Assembly: GCA_051294905.1 (NCBI GenBank)
Contig: CM119371.1
Coordinates: 22,322,001-22,386,000, forward strand
Reading direction: 5' to 3'
Source: Botryllus schlosseri
Taxonomy: Eukaryota
Length of the DNA: 64,000 nucleotides
Positions 25,468 to 38,957 of this stretch are shown here, piece after piece. Every line of letters begins with the position of its first letter. The stretch's first letter is position 1. The position numbers and the translations under genes were made by a program. The notes under the pieces were generated by a model. That model was not told the origin of the DNA. It searched no databases and saw only the letters and a list, made by a program, of their open reading frames with translations.

Positions 25468-26891
25468 CATTTTGTACAACTTCGTTTCGCACGAATAACT
25501 TCCAAGCAAACTAGCCATATAGCATTTCCTATCAACTATTTGCATCGACAACTTTTTTTTGTGGTCTTGATATGACTTCATTGGCGCGTTGCAGATAGTT
25601 TTTCGCACATGATATCACGAACGGCAGACCGGACAGTTACCATAACACAAAATAGAACGAAAAATATGCCTGATATTTCGACTTCAAGCGCTCGACGCAA
25701 TAACCTAAATTTCATAATGATCAGGAAAATCAAATGCGTTCCATAATGATGCCGTACGTGTGCCATGCCCATTACCGCCACGCTCTGTATACTGTTTGGT
25801 CGCCCATGGTAGCATCAGGAAATATTCAAATTAGAGCTTTGAAGTAAGGGTTACCATACGCCCTCTTTTAAGAGGATTAGTCCTCTTTTTTTTTAAGTGT
25901 CTTCGGAGGACGCCCAAATGTCCTCTCTTTTTAGGGTTTGTCCTCTTTTAAAAATGTTGATTAAATGTACGTTAAAATTGAACTAAGATATATAGGAAAT
26001 CAGTACTCACGTAACGGTTCGGCGGGTCATTGGGAAGGTTGACCTTTTTTAGTCAACCAACGGAAAATTCAATGAAAGTCTGTATTTCAGTTGTCTAGTC
26101 GGAGGTATATGATCTTTTTCTAGTCAACCAACCACAAACTCGCAATAAATTTAACAATTTTTCGAATTTTACTCCAGTATTGTAAGTCTGGGAATTTAAA
26201 AAGAGTGTCCTCTTTTCAGATTCCCAAAATATGGTAAGTCGATTTGAAGGTCGAAGTGGAGAAGGGTAACATGTAGGGCTGTGTTTAAAACAAAAAGAAA
26301 CAAACATATTTAAAACAAGGCCTATGTTTAAAACATGTATTTTTTATTGTTTCCATCGTTTTTTCTTAAGACATGACGTCACACATATTGAATTGTGACG
26401 TCATAGTGAATTGATATTCACAATTGAAAATATAGGGTAAATATAACTCCTTTGACGAAATCGGCTTTCAACCCCTGTCATATACGGACCAAAAATATCT
26501 TCAACCTGGACTACATCGACTTGCAGCATTTTTACGGTCGGCGATTTTCATCATCAGACTATATCGCCTATATCTACGTAATTTAGCCGTTGAATCGACT
26601 ATTTCGAGGGTTCCAACCTTTCCATATCGTATATATTTCGGTTGTATCGGTGGTAATCGTCGTCCGTAAGCTCATACAACATGTTTTTGAAAGTATTCAC
26701 ACCATTATGGCATAATTATGCAACTTGGAAAAACAAATTTTTTAAAGAAGGCCTTTGTTTGAGACACTGTTTAAGACAACACCATTTGATTTAAATGCAA
26801 CCATAATTGTTATCGAATGTGTTGTTTGATTGTGATAAAGAGAAATTAATTCAGCAGTGATTCCCGTCGATGGCATAGCCCATCGCGCTGC

Positions 26892-26963
26892 GCTGTGATC
26901 GTATAGTGGTTAGTACCTCACGTTGTGGCCGTGATAACCCAGGTTCGAATCCTGGTCACAGCA
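26892..26963 (+). tRNA. tRNA-His(GUG)
   Basis: Perfect cloverleaf, TTTTT terminator. Confidence 0.95.
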
Positions 26964-27239
26964 CTTTTTGTACAACTTCTTTTCGCACGAATAATTTACC
27001 ACGATCTAGCCATAACATTTCTTATCAACTATTTGCATCGACAACTTTTTTCTTGTAGACTTGATATGACTTTATCCACACTTTGCTGATAGTGTTTCGC
27101 ACATTATATCACGAACGGTACCCTTCGAATCGGCATAGAATCAGTGGCGTAGCAGCCACCTGGCGGTTCTGGCTCTGCGCCAGGGGCGGCAGGCTCCAAG
27201 GGGGCGGCAAAATGAGGCTGCACAGTGAGAGAGATGCCT

Positions 27240-27460
27240 GCATCATCGTAATGGTTTGAAGACGGAGATGCGATAAGGACTTTATAGTAAGGTCATCTAG
27301 TCTGCACCCCGTTTTTTTTCTCCTCCGTGATTGCTGGGCGTCTAGCGGGATAACCGCGGATACCAGTTTTCGAGTCTTCGGTCTGGCCCGGCCGGGGATC
27401 GGGCCCACAACCTACCGATCAAGAAACCGGACGCATCACCATTACACTATCTCGCACGGC
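27240..27460 (-). mobile_element. tRNA-derived SINE family B nested in the hAT
   Basis: Minus-strand tRNA-like head followed by CAGACCGAAGACTCGAAAACTGGTATCCG. The 3' boundary is approximate. Confidence 0.6.
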
Positions 27461-27999
27461 GTGTAGACAGGCGGCTAAAAGAAGAGTGCTTGGTAGTCCT
27501 ATAGCTGGCGTCCCGTCAGCTAAAATTTAATCAAACAGGTCTCAATCGAAAGCTAGTGTCGCGCTGATTCCGAAAACACGAATTAATATGTTAACATGGC
27601 GATGGAATCACTCCGAAATAGCCGTCACGGCCGATTGTTCGAAGAGTTCGCAGAAAAAGGAGAATGCCTGGCGAACAAACAGAAGATGCTGGCCTCAGTG
27701 TTGTTGAAGAATTTAGACGATGCATGTTTCAAGCGTAGGACAGATTTAAACTTGAAGCTGAAACTAGGTTTACCGGCATTCACCACTTAAATGATATATT
27801 TCGATTTTTGAATACCCACGTGCTGCTGCAAAGCGAAAGTCACAATCTATTCACCAGCGCTTTTAGAGGCACTAATGACGACGAGGTGGACTTTTTGGAG
27901 TTAGCTGCGAAAATTGTCATGCCTTATACCTCGAATTAGGGATCATATAAAGCAGAAGATTGCTAGCTTTTCGTACAAACCAATATGAGGCCTCTAGGA

Positions 28000-28031
28000 C
28001 AGGGGTTCTCAACCTGGGGGGCGAACCACTG
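28000..28031. mobile_element. 32-bp internally deleted hAT-type MITE remnant
   Basis: CAGGGGTTC...GAACCACTG between perfect ctctagga TSDs. Confidence 0.85.
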
Positions 28032-30057
28032 CTCTAGGACGAACACAAATTAAGTTATAATCATATGAAGTTGTTCAACTTGAGATTTTAAAAGGGTTAA
28101 GAGGCTGGTGCGGAGCAGTGAAACCACGTTTGATCGTAGTGCAACAACATTTGATGTTTTACAGTGGTTGTTTAATGCAAAGCTACTTGATTCGACACCG
28201 TATTTATGCTCGTGTCTGAAACTATATCTGAACATTGGTGTTTCAACTGCGAGCTGTGTGAGGAACTTCTCAAAGCTCAAACTGATCAAGTCTTATATAT
28301 TTATTTCTATCATGATTCATGAATAATGATCGGCTATCAGCTCCATCCATTCTGTCTATAGAAAAAGACTACGTTCAAAAACTTGAATTTGAGGATATTA
28401 TCGCTGCTTTTGCTTTGAGGCGGCTATTGATTTTCTATTTTTAAAATACATTCGTTCGCTATTTATTGTTTTTTATTATTTTTGGCGTCATTAACGTCGA
28501 GACGGTGAATCTGAGAAGCGGCATATTATTTGTAATTATTCCTATTGACAAGATTACTTGAACATCAATCTATGTCGAAATTTGATGCGGTCTACCCAGG
28601 GGGCGGCATTTTCAAGAGAGCCAGGGGCGGCAGCACATGCTGCTACACCAGTGCATAGAATTACTGCGGTGGCCGATTTTGTCCGCACAGTTGAAATAAG
28701 ACAATTAGAACGAAAAATATACGTGATATCTTGACTTTAAGCATTCCTCGCAATGAGATAAATTTCGTAATGATCAGACAAAAGGCGTTCCATGATGATG
28801 CCGCACGTATGCCATGCCCCATAGAGCCTCGTTGTGTATACCATTTGTTTGGTCGCCCGTAAGGACCAGATGAGTCGCCCATGGCAGCAGCAGAAAATAT
28901 CCAAATGAGAGCTTCGAAGTTGGAAGTGGAGAAGGGTTACCTGTGAACGCAGTTGAACATGGGAGGTTCGAACCTGCGGAATATGAGAGCGCAGTTTTTG
29001 ATCGCGACGTCGCTCGTCTTCGCTCCAGTGGAGTCCGACAAAGAAAGAATCTGGCTAATATTACCGAGCCTCGATGCGGAGATTGATGCTTCGGCGCCCA
29101 TTGCAGCAACACGCATGAACTGAACTCGGAGATGCAGGCATCGTAGTCAAGGTATTAGTTCATTTAATTGTTGTGAGCACAAACAATATTCGTAAGCAGT
29201 TTATTACTTCGGCTTAAATGAACTAATTCCTTGACTACGATGTTCGCAATACCAACAGTTAAGACAACAGCAATATAAATAAAGAACAGTTCCCAGTGCG
29301 CGAAACAAGTAAACAGTCTGCAATCATTATAGTGCACGCCAGTACATTACGACGAATGATCATTAACACAAAAAGGTAATCACAGCAAAACTGAAGTCGG
29401 AACCAATTTAACAACAAACATACAACAGCAGCTAAAATTTCATGGGAAAAAAAGGTGATTTGTCCGACTTGACTCCAATATTGCCATTGCGCCATCGCCC
29501 CCCATCGTCTCGTTGGCAATTTTAGCCCCAGTCGCCCCCTTTGTCCGCTTTCGCCACTATCGACCCGTCGTTATTTTCTCCACCTAAACCGCCAAGTCGC
29601 CCCTCGGGGCGATATCCCTCACGTTGGAAGCCACTGTTCTAACCTTTGCATCAAAACGTCATTGCTAAATCCTTATTATGAGGTCACAAATCTCATTCGT
29701 ATAACACTGAAAACTGAATTTTTAGAAAATTCAAAAGCTATTTGCCAACAAAACTGGACGTGATTGAAGAAGACGGATAACAGTTTTGGATTCAGGATCA
29801 AAATGTACACTAGGAACCGTCAATACTTTAGGAACCTAAAAATTAACGCAGCACAGGGTAATATTAATGATATATTCCACACTTACATCCTACGCATGTG
29901 CAATTGTTTTCTCATCGTTAATCTAACTGCTAGTCCAGAATGAAGATGAGCCGAGCCAGCAACACGTAACAAGTAACAAGAGAGGAAGTACGCTGTTTCC
30001 TCAAAGACACGGGACAGTTTGTTTGATTCATCGTTGTTCGTTACTTGATGTTACTAC

Positions 30058-31254
30058 TAGGGATAGTGTGTGAACGTGAGGTTCACGTTCGCGTTCTGTG
30101 TGTGAGCCTCGGAAATTTAGAGGTTCGCGTTCACAACAGAACCTTGGTAGGTTCTGCACTGTGAACCTTTTTCATATATATATTACAATTTTCACTTCAT
30201 TATAAAATACCTTTGGTTCAAATATATTGTATTTCAACTGCGGGCCACTCTATGCATGGCGTTGGCAGCAATGTTTCCTCTAAGCTGCGCACCTGCGCAA
30301 ATGCGCAGTGCTGACACGGTCTCTGCGCACAGAAAATCTAAGCTGCGCACAAAAAATCCGAAGTGATGACCTTTTTTTTAGTCGTTACGCACTGTTGTCC
30401 AAGGGTCTGCGCATTGAGTTGGTGAGTGTGCGCAGACTCCTCAAATATTAGAGGGAACATTGGTTGGCAGCATTAAAAATCTACACTAAACGAGCATGGA
30501 CCTTGACAATATCAAATGTTTTACTTGCTTTGTTACAAAAGTTTGCTCGAAATATCCAGCTTTATGTTTGTGAGTATTTAGTGAGTCTCTGCTGTGAGCT
30601 TGACTCGCAATCACACAACATCACGAGCGAAATACGTGGTCAAGGAATGATGCTTATTCAACCAAATAATGAGATTGATATCGTTTTCTGATGTAAAAAA
30701 TCTAGCAGGCGCACGGGGTGAATCTTGGCTTCATATCTTTACTGTATCATTAAAACCACATCCGTGTGATTGAGGTGTTGGCTACTGCTGTATAACTTGT
30801 TAATGGGGTAATATCGGTAGCAAGTCTAGAAACCCGTTTTACACTTTGCTCAGTATCAATAGCAATAATCATACGCCGATTAAATTGTTCCGTCTGGCCT
30901 AGATCGTTAAGGCGGAAGCTTATATTCACTGTTAGGTCCTCGTCGAAATGGTTACCAAAGCGGCGTAAGATATTGATTTTGTGGGAGTATTTTATCCTTT
31001 AATTGCCTCAGTTGATACAGTTAGCGACGTTTAAAACGCCAATTTGTACTTATGCATTGTGGCATTATGTGGTCCGAGTCGTCGCTAGGTATCGTGTACA
31101 TTAATATAGGGGATCACTTCATTGAAGATGGGGTTGTAATTAACAATATGACGTCACGTGACGTCATGAAGTTCATGTTCGCGTTCACACAGAACCTTTC
31201 AAAAAGGTTCGCGTTCACACCAACCTGAATTTTCAAAGGTTCACACCATCCCTA
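30058..31254. mobile_element. hAT-type MITE (family of 13667-14588)
   Basis: Perfect TSD gttactac, collinear with the first copy. Confidence 0.9.
30269..30462. mobile_element. Nested ~190-bp MITE, CAATGTT(T/C)CCTCTAA TIR (second copy 37095-37280)
   Basis: Perfect TSD gttggcag. Absent from the host copy at 13667. Confidence 0.9.
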
Positions 31255-32047
31255 GTTACTACATTACTTTTATTTTCTACCTGAACAATACAAAACAATT
31301 GTCGTGGTGCACGTGACCTTAAAAGTCGATAAGGATCACTGTTGTATGTGTGAAATGAGCAATTCATAAAATATCGCCTTACACAGCCCACTGAAGTTAC
31401 CTATCAGACAGGATCGCGTTGAGAAATCGTATTTGTTTTTGAGTCACCGTCAACAAAACGTTTATTATAAGTACGCACACATGTAAATCCACTCGCGTCA
31501 TCGAACGAATACAAATATTTACATCTGTATCTGTTGCTAGCCCCACCTATAGCTGGCGTCTAGCTGGCGTCTAGTGAGCAGCGTTCCATGTCCAGTTATT
31601 TGACAAATACCTACTCTAATCAGTGGCAATATGTTCGAATGGTAAACATACGTAATGCCCAATGCACCTCGATGTGAAAATTCAGTTGAAGATCGGAAAT
31701 ATATGATTGAGCAGGTGTAAGAAGGTAGAAGGAAAAGGGTAAGAAGGATATAAAGTTTATTCAGTTCCGACGCAAGATCGGATGACTTGAACGAATGATT
31801 ATAACTATAGTCATCAACGGAACTGCCCGAGTGATTAGTTGGCTCGTTGCCCCATCAGATTGAAATACAAAAAGGAGGACTTGGTGGTAAGCCTAAAACA
31901 AGCTCGCCTGGTTTCTGTCTAAAGCTATCCATGATACAGAACAGCAGCATGATCTCTCATCCGGTGTTATAATCTTTGACTAGAATCCAGCGGGGATCAA
32001 CCTGTGTACTGATTACCCCACCTGGGTAATTTTTGAATATTCTACTC

Positions 32048-32815
32048 CGGGGGTGGCCAACTTTTTCGGCCAATGGGACACTTGAATGATGATGTCCTTT
32101 ATTAGTCGTGCGATAGGAGCGAAATTGACTAGTTCATGGTAAAAATAGCAATTATATTACTACGCACCAAAATCGAGAAGGACTATATCATGTAAACTGT
32201 GTGAACACTGCAAATCATAACGATTTTTTTTAAAGTTATGGTATAAATGCTGTAAAAAATAATTTAGTTACATATATGGTGGAGCGCCTCTGTATACCAA
32301 TGGGCTCATTTGGCCAGGACATAATTAATCGGCGCTTTCACATATCAATATCGAGGATTTAACTGCACATGCACGTTCTCTCATAGTTGCGAACATATAG
32401 TTAGACTCAATTCGGTAAATTGGGCGCCTTATTGATTAAAATTTCCAGTGGAGGAGGCACCAATACCAAAAGCAAGAAATAGAGTCGCAATAAATCACGC
32501 GAAATGCTAAGAAAAAATATAATGTCAAATAAATCTACTATGAAATTGACTACTTATGGTTATGTACGAAAATCTACGAAAATTATGGATGGCCCCTGGC
32601 TACGAAAGTGCGTCGGCACTGATATGTTAGTCATCAACACCCTAAAGTTCGAGGTCAGGCTAATCAAATTTTAGGTTAGTCTCTCAAGTTTACAATAAAT
32701 TCCCTGGATAACGTATTTTTTGATATTATAACTGATTTTGAGAATTACTTCACGGGTCACTCAAAACCTTCTGGCGGGTACATTCGGCCAGCGGGCCACG
32801 GGTTTGCCGCCCCTG
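32048..32815. mobile_element. hAT-type MITE
   Basis: TIRs CGGGGGTGGCCAAC/GTTTGCCGCCCCTG, TSD ttctactc/ttctacta. Confidence 0.75.
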
Positions 32816-33121
32816 TTCTACTATGTTTGAGAGAAAAAATGTGTACTACAACCTCAAAAAGTATTTCACCTAAACAGAATACACTTCACCCCCGGATATT
32901 ATCGAATCCATTTCATGTGCTATTGCGTTTTGATCATTTTCACCTATTGTATGTGAAAGGCAAATGATTGGAACCGTAATTAGAAAAAACTATGATTCCG
33001 TGAATCTTTAGTCCAGGCAACCCCTCACGAAAGTTCTAGTGTTCAATGGAACACAATTTAACAACAACTGGACAGTATTTTGAATGTTAGGATCAATGTG
33101 GAATTGTAAATAAACATAGTT

Positions 33122-33188
33122 ATGTACGAAGAAGACAGATCTCCAAGCAATGACTACCTCTCGAATGCATCACACCGCGGTGATCAAA
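33122..33188 (+). CDS. Unknown gene, putative first coding exon (MYEEDRSPSNDYLSNASHRGDQ)
   Basis: ATG in frame to a strong GTGAGT donor, phase 1. Confidence 0.45.
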
Positions 33189-33329
33189 GTGAGTATACGA
33201 TGATCGATGTATATTAATTGCAGAAGATTGGGGATATTTCTGGGTTGAAGCCTCTAAGTTTTACATTCTAAAACTGTGCATGTGGTATAAATTGTAATGA
33301 TGTCCTTTGTAACAAACTATGGTTATAAT

Positions 33330-34309
33330 CAGACTTGAGCATTTTTGGCAAGTACGAAAAATGACAAAATAGCTCATTTTCGACATTTTTCAGATTTTAT
33401 TTCTAAGGTCGCCGCAAATTAACACTCGAATTAATCTTATAAGTACGACGTTTCTTTACCTGAAAAAAGTAAAATTTTGACCTCAAAAATCAAAATTTTG
33501 ACTTTTTGTGATCTAAACAAACTGAATTGTGACCAAATTTTGACCTAACGTATGCAAATTAGGGGTTTTGCCACATAATGTCAAAATCGTTCCACTTATC
33601 TACATTTGTGGTTGGAACTGGCTGTCCTAACGAAGGAGTTTGGCCTGAAAAACCGTTTTTGGCATATAAACGGGAAACTATGTATATAAAAAAAAAACAA
33701 TATTATAACGAAATCTGGCCCTATGAAGAATTCCAGTAGTTACAATACGTATTACGGTGGAATAATTAAAACATTTTTTAGTACAGCGCGGATATTTTCC
33801 TACATTCTTGGGTAGAAAGTGCATGTCCTTATTAAGAAACTTGCCAAGTACGTTCAACAGCAGCGTTTCTTGGCTCACAACACTCAAGTTATGCGTACAC
33901 CGCTGGTGGTACACCATGTTGCTTCATTCTGACAATGTTGTCATCATCACAATTTTTCATCATGCGCTTCTCAATATAAGAATGATGCAATGCCCAAAAA
34001 GTCTTTCTTCAGTTAGGATATTGCGGTACGTTGATCATAATACCATGTGTGAAAATTTGTTTTATTTGACCATTTATGATTTATAACAAGCAGAAAATTA
34101 GCTGTTTACAATAGTAGACCCATTAAGTAGGGCTGTAAGCCGCAAAATATCAAATGATACGTTCACCGGCAGTGCAAAATCTACGATTCTAACGAAATAA
34201 AGACGTCATTTTTTTTTACTTTATATACAATTTTGACAAATTTTGACCTAACGCTACAATTTTGACAAAATTTGGACAAATTTTGACGTGTCAAAAAAAA
34301 AACGCCCTA
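33330..34309. mobile_element. MITE (family of 7795-8434)
   Basis: Collinear homology, degenerate TSD gttataat/cttataag. Confidence 0.75.
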
Positions 34310-34997
34310 CTTATAAGCGTTTCCTGTTGTTTGTTGTTGTTGTTTTTGCTGTTCGTGGTATTTTAACTACCATCATTAGTTTCGTCAGGCCGATATTTAT
34401 TATTATGTTTCCTGATCTGCCTTGGCTTTCGTTCTACACTTTTGAACATGCAGGTTCTTGGAGGTACAAAACACAGTCAGATGTACGGACAATTTTTCCT
34501 CATTTTGTTGACCAGTGATATAACGAAAGTCAATATGCAGTGTTATGTTGGCTGCACTGCGATCAAATAAGTCCCACGACCACAATCGAATTTCTCACAC
34601 TAAAATTGTTTTTGATATACCTTTATTGTTCACTTTCTATGTTAACGATAACAATCTATTTATGGAACAATGATATTACAGTCCTGATGAAGTATTTTCA
34701 AAAGTTACAAATCATCATCATTTGCCAAATTATTTTCTCTCTGCGCATTGGGGTGCTATTCGGGTACGCAAAGTCCATCCATATCTTTATGCACGGCTGA
34801 GGAGCCGACATATTGGGCTAATAGAAGGACCGATATATGAAGAAATTGAACTAATAGATATCGTAGGTTTCAGACCGAAAATCAATGGTTAATTGTTGAA
34901 TTTGGGAGTCTATTTTTTCAGTGTATTTACTGTACATTGTGCGGCATAGCTGAATGACTGAATGTTTTTTGTGATGTTGATAATTAAGGTGTTTCAG

Positions 34998-35105
34998 CTA
35001 CTGACACTTTTGAGATGATCCCAGAGTTGGACAATATACATGCGAAAAGTTCAAGAGCAGAAGAAAATGGAACAGACGAATCCACTCTTAAAAAGGATGC
35101 ACGGG
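34998..35105 (+). CDS. Unknown gene, putative exon 2 (TDTFEMIPELDN...LKKDAR)
   Basis: tttcag acceptor, G|GTGAAT donor, open in phase 1 to 1. Confidence 0.55.
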
Positions 35106-35254
35106 GTGAATACCGTTTTGTTGTGTAATATTTTGGGATGAGCTAAGAGAATGACGGATTTTATTCATATATCATGTCCTCACATTTAAATCGGGTATGC
35201 TTCGAATCACTACAACAGAAAATTCAATTGTGACGTGATTTCCTTAAGCACCAG

Positions 35255-35532
35255 TTTGTTTGTTTGATGTATTTATGGTGTGTGTCGACTACTATGGTCA
35301 TTTACACCAGGCCGAGAGTTTTTTTTATATATGATTCCGTAACTGCCGACTTGTAGCACGGCTCACTTCTAGGCTTTTCGTAAGACACCGCTCACGCATA
35401 TTAGTTGTTGAAAGGAGCCTAGATAAACCTCCAACACTTAGGTTGTAATTCCAGCATCGACCTCGGTCGGACTCGAACCTTCAACCCATTGCTGTTATAG
35501 CTGCAGATTATACCACTACGATATCTCGCCAC
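35255..35532 (-). mobile_element. SINE family A, copy 3
   Basis: Same body, (AAAC)n tail, TSD cttaagcaccagtt/cttaagcaacagtt. Confidence 0.88.
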
Positions 35533-36351
35533 TTAAGCAACAGTTGTCAGCTTGTCAACGTCTAAATCGCTTGAATTTCGTCTTGAATAACCCTGTTCTC
35601 GGTCAATAAAAATATTATTTTGTCGAGGAAATTGACGACCTAATTTACCCAGATGTTTTAGAACCTGCGACCCTCCTGCGTGTGAAGGCGCACAGCATAG
35701 CTTAAATTGCAATTGTGCATGGACAACTGCAATGACAAAGCAGATTATCAGGATTGTAACCAAGTCAAGGTTCCGACTCACAAATGAATTCTATTTTCAT
35801 AGTTTTGACTCGAGTCAAGTCATTTTCCCATCACCATCGATTTAAGTCCGAGTCTAATCCAAGTCAGGGTTCACTTTGTCCACTTGTGTTCACTGTTCAT
35901 TAGTTCAGTACCGTGTTCAATCCTATTGAATCCACTTAATAGAAAGGCTAGCAGTACTGCAAAATTAATTTTTCTCCGTTTATCAGTTTACGGCCCTATT
36001 ATCCAAGTATTAGGACTGATAGACGAAATAGTAATAATGTGTAACTTTACTATTCGAAGTTACAATGTAATGTCTGTCCTGGCCGTCATATGACTTGGTT
36101 CGAGTCATTTTACGCATTTGAAAAACTGAATCATTACAACCCCGCTATTTGCTGATTCGAATTATCTATGATTCGAATTTCCTCATGCCAGTCATATCGC
36201 ATCGAAACTGCAATATCAAGAATAAAAAATAAAATAAAACTTATATATGCATTTTTTGGTAATATGATGCAATATTTATTATAGTTATCGATCGTTTGAC
36301 AAATATTTTCGTCCATCAGAGAGCTTATCACAGAAATGTATTGATCTATAA

Positions 36352-37847
36352 CAGTGGTTCTTAACCTTTTTCCCCCAGTGCTCCCTTTCAAAAATTATCG
36401 TGCTCCAGCGCCCCCCCCCACAACTTCATAATGTAAGGAATGTAATAAAGACAATGAGTAAGAGGGAGGGGCGTAACAGCACTTCGTCAACCCCCTAAAA
36501 ACGATTGCTTTGCGCACCCATAGCGTGATAAACCGAACTTCTGAGGGCTTCGCCCCCACGAACTCCCTATCGTGATTTCCATGGTCAGCAAAGTTTGTGT
36601 GGCCTGGTCGCCCTAGGTAACAAAATTTTCTATAATGCATGAATGAATAGGTTGGAATTACATATATAAGTCGCGATAAACTGAGTGAGCTGTTGTATAG
36701 GAAGATAAAGGGCACGTAATTATTAATTAAACATATTCGGGGGTCCCCGCAGGTGCAATTATTCGTTACCAGGGCCGTAACAGCACTTCATCAGTCCCCC
36801 CCCAAAAAAAAACAAAAAACGTTGGTCCCATCGGGTGATAAACCAAGCTTCCGTGGGACTTCACTCCCAGACCCCCATTAGGCTGTCCTCTATTTGCAGA
36901 AAGCCTGTTAGGTATCTACATTGGGTGTCCATATACTGAGGCAGCTATTTTCGCCTAGTCGCGCGAAGCGCGAAAAATTCAGTTATTAATGATTGATTCG
37001 GTCAATATCATCGAGAATTGCATGTAAATTGAGATTAATTTTTATCCTCTCTCTGCTCACGTAAACACATTTACCGGTAGAGCTGAGTGAGGTGCAATGT
37101 TCCCTCTAAGCTGCGCACGGGCGCAGTGCTGACACGGTCTCTGTGCACAGAAAATCTACGTTGCGCACAACAAATTCGAAGTTATTACCTTTTTTTTTGT
37201 CGATACGCATTGTTGTCCAGGGGTCAGCGCAGTGAGTTGTTGAGTGTGCGCAGACTCATCAAAACTTAAAGCGAACATTGTGAGGTTTCTTGGAAACTGT
37301 AGGGCCCGTCACTAATAATTAAACATATACGGGCGGGCAAACCCGTTGGTATGACTTCGTTCCATGATGTTATTTCGTGACCCCCTGTCTGCAAAATCAA
37401 AAAATATAGAATCGCTCAACGGGGATATCGCCCAACAGGAATATCCCTGTCTCCCAATCGTACTAAACTAAAAGACGCACACGATTTCAGATTGGTATTT
37501 CTTCACTGACATATAATTTTTCCCTGCCAGATGGAATTCGTCTTCTGGGGTTCAGATTGCCAAGACAGGAACATTCGGTGTCAGTCATTTTGGCGCCCAT
37601 GGACAATTAAACCTATATGTATTTTGAAGGCTATATGTAACGAAGTTTTCGGTGTTAATTTGCTCTGAATACTCATTAAGGATATGTTCTATCACCACAT
37701 CATCTACTGCGAAGCGATTTTTCTCCAGTGCCCCCCATACCGCCCCCCTGAGCCCAGCGCCCCTATATCGCCCCCTGAGAGTTTCCGCCCCCTTCAAAAT
37801 CGCCAGCGCCCCATGCGGGGAGCTTGGGGCAAGGTTGAGAACCACTG
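36352..37847. mobile_element. hAT-type composite MITE
   Basis: TIRs CAGTGGTTCTTAACC/GGTTGAGAACCACTG, perfect TSD atctataa. Confidence 0.88.
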
Positions 37848-38082
37848 ATCTATAATGTTTATCTCTTAAAATGCTTCGCCTATTCGATAAAATATTAGCT
37901 TATTAGTTCATTCCATCGAAATGATTGAAATGAAAAGGGGTACAATAATATACGTTTCCTTCTGGCCTTCACGTGAGGAGAGCAAGGATGAAAAAAAATG
38001 TTGTATGCGATGATGAATTTTTGTTGAGCTTCAATGATGCTGCTTTATGATACTAAGACAAGCATAATTTATTATTTTGCAG

Positions 38083-38153
38083 TCGCAGCCAAACCATTCA
38101 CCCTTAGGGAAAAGAATGTGTATTTCCGCCCTTGTGCACCCCCTGATAAACGG
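38083..38153 (+). CDS. Unknown gene, putative exon 3 (AAKPFTLREKNVYFRPCAPPDKR)
   Basis: ttttgcag acceptor, CGG|GTTTGT donor, phase 1 to 0 bridges the neighbours. Confidence 0.55.
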
Positions 38154-38957
38154 GTTTGTTAGTGCGTAGCGGATCGAAAAATTCTCTGGTACTACTCCGA
38201 TCCTATTTCCTTAAGCTCCGGTTCGGCTCCGGTCTGACTACGAGGCCGGATCCTGGAAATGACCACTGTGATCCGGTCCCAAAAACTCCGATTAAAATTA
38301 TTTACTTACAGGATGGTATCGAATATTGATTGAAACAATGCCAAAAGGAAATTGAATACTCAAAGTTCAAACTCAATCCGTATCTGAAGTAATTATGCCA
38401 ACTTAAACTAAATATGTCGTTTATTTCCATGACAGTATCCCTTTAACTACATTGACTCTAGGCCAGTGGTTCTCAACTGGGAATCCGCGGACGGGGTGTG
38501 CGTAGCATTTTCGGGGTGTCCGCGAAGCCTCTAAATTTACAAAGTGTGTGATAACCTCTAATTCGTATTGTTGTTAATTTGAGATAGCAAGAGACAGTTT
38601 TGCTTAATTAGTAGTAAAACTCCATGACTCACATTAATAGAATGGCCGTCTGGGATGAAATATCCCACTGAAATAAATTTTATTCTGTAATATAGGCTAT
38701 ATATAACCACTATTCTATAATAAATTCGAAATGAGCTGTTAGATAAAAATGACCATGACCTGCAGGCTGGACATCATGTCCTATTTAAAACTTTTTTTCT
38801 CAATATTGGTGCCATATTAGTTGTTGTCATACCCAAATGTGTCGTCGCACTACGCTACGCGCTAATATCACATTCATCAACACCTATCGTCGTGTAAATT
38901 TATTTGATGCACCTCTTCAAATCAAGTCCAAAGCGCGAATGGTGTCTCGATGATATA

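Larger units (their letters stand above)
27142..28653 (+). mobile_element. Degenerate hAT transposon with transposase remnant
   Basis: TIRs CAGTGGCGTAGCAG/CTGCTACACCAGTG, perfect TSD catagaat. 28108-28326 encodes LYLNIGVSTASCVRNFSKLKLIKSY, like the hAT C-terminal dimerisation motif. Confidence 0.88.

Noticed and set aside
31850..31892. Strong GTAAGC donor as an upstream exon of the unknown gene
   Set aside because: Could be a 5'UTR exon, but no supporting frame or start site can be defined
34454..34490. Possible extra exon of the unknown gene (catgcag acceptor)
   Set aside because: No donor gives a phase compatible with the flanking exons
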